Shown one piece after another: positions 19,666 through 24,000 of a DNA stretch of 24,000 bases. Position 1 is the stretch's first letter. Each line of letters starts with the position of its first letter. A model generated the notes under the pieces. The model did not search any database. It was not told the DNA's origin and saw nothing but the letters and a program-made list of their open reading frames with translations. The translations under genes were made by a program, and so were the position numbers. The stretch covers positions 1 through 24,000 of the forward strand of contig NZ_JADPFC010000012.1 in NCBI RefSeq assembly GCF_015668195.1. The letters run 5' to 3'. Source of the stretch: Romboutsia sp. 1001713B170131_170501_G6 (GTDB lineage: Bacteria; Bacillota; Clostridia; Peptostreptococcales; Peptostreptococcaceae).

Positions 19666-21054
19666 TTATTTTCCGATACAGAAGTTACTAAATATAGTAT
19701 CTAATAGGTCTTCTTTTACTGTGTCTCCATTTATATAACCTAGATAATCCCATATATTCTTGAAATCAACCTCTATAAAATCATATGGAAGGAATGTATC
19801 TATTGCATTTATAGCATCATTTATAGATTCATATGATTTTAATAATGCATCTTTGTGTCTAGAGTTAGTTATTACTAAGCTAGATGAATTTTTAACACTG
19901 CCTTTATAAACCATAGATTCTATTTTATCATATAATTCTTCAATTCCTTCATGTTTTAATGCTGATGTTCTTATTATATTTTCTTCTTTTACATACTTAG
20001 CTAATACATCTTCCTCTATTTTAGGTTCTAAATCTGTCTTATTTAATATAACTATAGTTTTCTTATTTTCTAGGTTTTCTAGTATTTCTATATCTTCATC
20101 AGAAAGATTTCTCGATGAATCTAATACCATTATAACTAAGTCTGCACTATTAAATGATTCTCTTGATTTTTCTACACCTATTTTTTCTACAACATCTTCT
20201 GTTTCTCTTATACCTGCTGTATCTACTATTTTTAGAGGTATTCCTTTTATATTTACAAACTCCTCTATAACATCTCTAGTTGTTCCTGGTATATCTGTAA
20301 CTATAGCTCTATTTTCTCCTAATATAGAGTTAAGTAATGAAGATTTTCCAACGTTTGGTTTACCAACTATTACTGTCTTAAGTCCGTCTCTAAGTATTTT
20401 ACCACTTTCAGCCGTATCATATAATTTTTTAATTTCTATTCTTATTTCTTCAGCTTTTTCTTTAAGAGTTTGATATGTTATTTCTTCTATATCCTCTTCT
20501 GAAAAATCTATTGCAACTTCTAAGTGTGCTAATACTTCTGTTACTTTTCCTCTTAATTCTTTTATCTTACTTGATAAAGATCCTTCTAGTTGGTTTTGAG
20601 CTACTTGATGAGCCATATCAGTTTTAGCTTTTATTACATCTATTATTGCTTCTGCTTGAGATAAATCTATTCTTCCATTTAAAAATGCTCTTTTTGTAAA
20701 TTCTCCAGGTTCAGCTATCCTTACATCTTTAGATAATATAAGCTCTAATATTTTCTTTACTGAAATAAATCCTCCATGGCAGTTTATTTCTATAACGTCT
20801 TCTGCAGTATATGAATTTGGTCCTTTCATATAAGCTAATAAAACTTCATCTATAACGTCTTCACCGTCTACTATATTTCCGTATATTAAAGTTCTAGTTT
20901 TATATTCACTTATTGTTTTTCCTGACATAGATCTAAATATTTCATCTGCTACTTTCAGTGCTTTTTGACCACTAATTCTTACTATACCTATACCACCTTC
21001 ACCTGGTGCTGTTGCAATCGCTGCTATAGTATCATCTATAAACAAGTTAATCAC
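19666..21054 (-). CDS. mnmE: tRNA modification GTPase MnmE (TrmE)
   Basis: 462 aa, DTIAAIATAPGEGGIGIVRISG, GKPNVGKSSLLNSIL, DIPGTTRD, C-terminal FCIGK. Confidence 0.98.
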   Translation of the reverse strand: MINLFIDDTIAAIATAPGEGGIGIVRISGQKALKVADEIFRSMSGKTISEYKTRTLIYGNIVDGEDVIDEVLLAYMKGPNSYTAEDVIEINCHGGFISVKKILELILSKDVRIAEPGEFTKRAFLNGRIDLSQAEAIIDVIKAKTDMAHQVAQNQLEGSLSSKIKELRGKVTEVLAHLEVAIDFSEEDIEEITYQTLKEKAEEIRIEIKKLYDTAESGKILRDGLKTVIVGKPNVGKSSLLNSILGENRAIVTDIPGTTRDVIEEFVNIKGIPLKIVDTAGIRETEDVVEKIGVEKSRESFNSADLVIMVLDSSRNLSDEDIEILENLENKKTIVILNKTDLEPKIEEDVLAKYVKEENIIRTSALKHEGIEELYDKIESMVYKGSVKNSSSLVITNSRHKDALLKSYESINDAINAIDTFLPYDFIEVDFKNIWDYLGYINGDTVKEDLLDTIFSNFCIGK

Positions 21055-21136
21055 CTCTTATTATTTAGTTAATTTATTATTAATTTCGTTATCTTTAATT
21101 CTTTCCTTAATCTTAACATTATATAAAATAAATAAC

Positions 21137-21168
21137 AAAAATAAAACCCCCTATTACATAGGAGGTTA
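21137..21168 (-). terminator. Terminator after jag
   Basis: AACCTCCTA-TGTAA-TAGGGGGTT (one G-U pair) followed by TTATTTTTG on the minus strand. Confidence 0.75.
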
Positions 21169-21172
21169 AATT

Positions 21173-21799
21173 TTATCTTTTATACTCTATTACTAATCTT
21201 CTATATGGATCTGTTCCCTCGCTATACGTAGTTACATACTTATCGTTTTGAAGAGCTGAGTGAATTATTCTTCTCTCATATGGATTCATATAGTCTAATT
21301 TCTTTATTTTTTTAGTTCTAGCTACTTCTCTAGCTGCTTTATTAGCATATCTTATTAAAGATTCTTCTCTCTTTGATCTGTAGTTTTCTATATCTACAAG
21401 CACTCTCATATGCGAGTTTTTATTTATTTTATTAAGCGCTAATCCTGTAAGGAATTGAATTGAATCTAATGTTTCCCCTCTTCTTCCTATTAAACATGCA
21501 GCTTCTTTTCCTTCTATGTCTACTTTAATTAAATTATTATCTTGAGTAACCTTAACCTTAGCCTCTACATTAGAGTTCTTAAGTATATTTTCAACAAACT
21601 CTTTAGCTATATCTGACTCAGTTTTAATAACTTTGAATCTGTATAGACCTTCCTTAGCACCTATAAAACCTAAGAAACCTTTTGTAGGTTCTTGTACTGT
21701 TTCTATTTGTAAATCTTTTTCAGATACTTTTAGCTCTTCAATTGCTTGGCTTATAGCATCTTCCTTACTCTTACTTCTTATTTCTATGCTTTCCTTCAT
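21173..21799 (-). CDS. jag: RNA-binding protein Jag / KhpB (Jag-N, KH, R3H)
   Basis: 208 aa, EPTKGFLGFIGAKEG, CLIGRRGETLDSIQFLTGLALNK, LDYMNPYERRIIHSALQ...SEGTDPYRRLVIEYKR. Confidence 0.95.
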   Translation of the reverse strand: MKESIEIRSKSKEDAISQAIEELKVSEKDLQIETVQEPTKGFLGFIGAKEGLYRFKVIKTESDIAKEFVENILKNSNVEAKVKVTQDNNLIKVDIEGKEAACLIGRRGETLDSIQFLTGLALNKINKNSHMRVLVDIENYRSKREESLIRYANKAAREVARTKKIKKLDYMNPYERRIIHSALQNDKYVTTYSEGTDPYRRLVIEYKR

Positions 21800-22472
21800 C
21801 TATTACTTCCTCCTTAGAATTAGCTAACTTAGCTTTTAAAGGATTCATTACTAAATAATGTTGTGCAATTGAGAATAAGTTACCTACTGTCCAATATAAT
21901 GTAAGACCTGCAGGGAACGTGAATCCCCAGAATAACATCATCCCCGACATGAAGTAAGTCATTATCTTCATTGAACCTTGTTGCTGATCCTTTGGCATCA
22001 TTATCATTTGCATTAAAAATGTAGTTGCCCCTGATAATACAGCTAATATAATATCTGGTTGAGTTAGATTTTTTATCCAAAGAAACCCTTCAGATGCAGT
22101 CGCAAGTGTTGCTTTATCTTGGAAAACACCGTAAGTAACAGGATCTCTTAATACTGTAAATAATCCTATTAATATAGGCATTTGTATTAATAGTGGTAAG
22201 CATCCTGCTAATGGATTTATCTTAGCTTCTTGATATACCTTCATTAACTCTTGTTGTTGCTTTTCTGGCTTATTTTTATACATTTCTTGTATCTCTTTTA
22301 TTTTAGGCTGTATATCTTGCATAGCCTTTGTAGACTTAGTTTGCTTTATTGTAAGCGGTAATAATAAAACTTTTACAAAAATTGTGAATACAATTATTGA
22401 AAGACCATAATTTCCAATAAAGTCAAAAATTGTCTTTAACACAACACCTAATAAATTACTTATAATACTCAA
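21771..22472 (-). CDS. yidC: Membrane protein insertase YidC/Oxa1/SpoIIIJ family
   Basis: 233 aa, YGLSIIVFTIFVKVLLLPLTIKQTKSTKAMQDIQPKIKEIQ, NPLAGCLPLLIQMPILIGLF, GLTLYWTVGNLFSIAQHY. It overlaps the start of jag. Confidence 0.96.
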   Translation of the reverse strand: MSIISNLLGVVLKTIFDFIGNYGLSIIVFTIFVKVLLLPLTIKQTKSTKAMQDIQPKIKEIQEMYKNKPEKQQQELMKVYQEAKINPLAGCLPLLIQMPILIGLFTVLRDPVTYGVFQDKATLATASEGFLWIKNLTQPDIILAVLSGATTFLMQMIMMPKDQQQGSMKIMTYFMSGMMLFWGFTFPAGLTLYWTVGNLFSIAQHYLVMNPLKAKLANSKEEVIDEGKHRNKK

Positions 22473-22501
22473 CTGTTATACCTCCTAGAGTATATTCTGT
22501 T

Positions 22502-22753
22502 TTATTTTAAAGGATCGTAACCTCCTGGATGAAAAGGATGGCATTTCGATACTCTTTTTACTGTTAAATATATTCCTTTTAATAGCCCGTATTTTTTAAA
22601 AGCTTCTATAGAATATTGTGAACATGTTGGATAAAATCTACATGTAGGTCCTTTTAATGGAGATATAAATTTTTGATAAAATCTCACTAGATAAATACAT
22701 AATTTCGCTAAGTATATATTTATTTCCTTCATTATAGCAATTATTTTTTTCAA
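22502..22753 (-). CDS. yidD: Membrane protein insertion efficiency factor YidD
   Basis: 83 aa, [35 protein letters not shown]...[17 protein letters not shown]-type signature. Confidence 0.96.
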   Translation of the reverse strand: MKKIIAIMKEINIYLAKLCIYLVRFYQKFISPLKGPTCRFYPTCSQYSIEAFKKYGLLKGIYLTVKRVSKCHPFHPGGYDPLK

Positions 22754-22784
22754 ATTTTAAAATGCCTCCATATTTAGACTTTTA

Positions 22785-23135
22785 TTATTCACTTAATCTT
22801 AAGTTTGCTTTTTTTACCAAATATTTTACAGACTTTTCAATATCTTTATATTCAGCCTGATTACTTGCTATCCTTGCTATAAAAACTATATCATACCCAC
22901 TTTTAACGTTTTCATCTACATTTAATCTATATGATTCTCTTATTCTTCTTCTTATCTTATTTCTAACAATTGCTTTACCTACTTTTTTAGATACTGATAT
23001 ACCTAATTTAGTATCATCTGATTTGTTATCTAGTACATACATTACCAGATACTTAGTTGCAAAAGATTTGCCGTGTTTATACACTTTTCTAAAATCAGAG
23101 TCTTTTTTTAAGCCTTTTGTTTTCTTGAAGTCCAT
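22785..23135 (-). CDS. rnpA: Ribonuclease P protein component
   Basis: 116 aa, LKKDSDFRKVYKHGKSFATKYLVMYV, KLGISVSKKVGKAIVRNKIRRRIRESYR. Confidence 0.97.
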   Translation of the reverse strand: MDFKKTKGLKKDSDFRKVYKHGKSFATKYLVMYVLDNKSDDTKLGISVSKKVGKAIVRNKIRRRIRESYRLNVDENVKSGYDIVFIARIASNQAEYKDIEKSVKYLVKKANLRLSE

Positions 23136-23183
23136 ATTAAACCCTCCGTAAACACAGCTTGTAAATATAGTTTCTACACAAAA

Positions 23184-23204
23184 AGGCCACCTTTACAGCG
23201 GCCT
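23184..23204 (-). terminator. Short hairpin between rpmH and rnpA (possible attenuator/terminator)
   Basis: AGGCCGC-TGTAAAG-GTGGCCT followed by TTTTG on the minus strand. Confidence 0.6.
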
Positions 23205-23214
23205 CTCTCAATGA

Positions 23215-23349
23215 TTAATGAGTTAATCTCTTTCTTCCTTTAGCTCTTCTTCTCTTTAACACGTTTCTTCCGTTAGAAGTTTTCATTCTTTTTCTGAATC
23301 CGTGTTCTTTTTTTCTTTGTCTTTTCTTTGGCTGATAAGTTCTTTTCAT
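23215..23349 (-). CDS. rpmH: 50S ribosomal protein L34 (absent from the supplied ORF track, presumably due to a length cutoff)
   Basis: Manual translation of the reverse strand gives a 44-aa ORF: start ATG at 23349, [23 protein letters not shown]..., ending ...RLTH-stop at 23215. Confidence 0.95.
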   Translation of the reverse strand: MKRTYQPKKRQRKKEHGFRKRMKTSNGRNVLKRRRAKGRKRLTH

Positions 23350-23557
23350 TACATACACCGCCTTTCAAATTTTATTTCCGTTTATTTTCCGTTTATAAGA
23401 ATAATAACCTTACCCTCAAAGTAAACATAACACATACAATTATAAATGCTTTTATATTGCTTGTCAACTTGTTTTTAGATACATGAAATAACAAAATTAT
23501 TTACCTTATTTTATATGTTTTGATGATTATTTAGTGACTCAAATTTATCGTCATAAT

Positions 23558-24000
23558 TTATCCACACTAATCTAAAAATCTGCTTATTTATTATGTAGGA
23601 AAATCGCGTAAATTGTAGCTGTGTATTAATTTATCAACAGGTAGTTAATATTGTGGATAAATTACGCATAATGCCTTGAAGTTTGGCACTTATTCTGATA
23701 TTATTAATATACTTGTTGATAATGTTTATAAGATTTATTAACTTATTAAGGTTATTCACAAGCTGTGGATATAAATGTGTATAACTTGTATACTTTTAGA
23801 TAATACTTTAGTTATAAACTACATTTATTATATCTTTAGACTATTTATAACTTTATATACATATTGTTTATATCTTTTTATTTTTTAATACATTTTTACA
23901 TTATTAATATTTTATCCACATAATTATCCAAATAAATCTAATGAATTTATTTATCATATATATTTTTTTGTTTTTTTGTTAATAACTTGTGGAAAGTGTT
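23558..24000. other. oriC-like region (portion upstream of the presumed dnaA)
   Basis: AT-rich non-coding DNA beside rpmH/rnpA. DnaA-box-like 9-mers: TTATCCACA 23558-23566(+), TTATCAACA 23631-23639(+), TTATCCACA 23652-23660(-), TTATCAACA 23714-23722(-), TTATTCACA 23752-23760(+), ATATCCACA 23764-23772(-), TTATCCACA 23912-23920(+), TTATCCAAA 23924-23932(+), CTTTCCACA 23988-23996(-). dnaA itself is beyond the window. Confidence 0.85.

Noticed and set aside
21880-22080. 66-aa minus-strand ORF overlapping yidC in another frame
   Set aside because: Entirely inside yidC in an alternative frame, with no supporting signal.

Overview
The window looks like a conserved origin-proximal region of a low-GC Firmicute, most likely Peptostreptococcaceae (Clostridioides/Paraclostridium-like). 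The taxonomy is inferred from protein character and gene order only. Every credible gene lies on the minus strand. From right to left the order is: an oriC-like DnaA-box region, rpmH, rnpA, yidD, yidC, jag, mnmE, mnmG, rsmG, noc-like, parA/soj, parB/spo0J, cysteine desulfurase, XRE-TPR regulator, yedF-like, DUF3343-like, DUF951-like, PLP aminotransferase, rpsF, ssb, rpsR, MazG-like, DUF2232/YybS-like, gdpP, rplI, dnaC (replicative helicase), a 101-aa orphan ORF, purA and tRNA-Lys(TTT). I see no phage, transposon, CRISPR or defence system and no obvious previously undescribed system. The observations most worth a second look are: (1) a compact cluster of DnaA boxes between the dnaC stop codon and its terminator, about 21 kb from the oriC-like region; (2) a probable selenium/sulfur-supply gene group split by an XRE-TPR regulator; (3) a Noc-like ParB paralog without an N-terminal amphipathic membrane anchor; (4) a degenerate parS-like site between mnmE and mnmG; (5) structured leaders and intergenic hairpins near rpsF and yedF; (6) an orphan 101-aa ORF beside the DnaA-box cluster.
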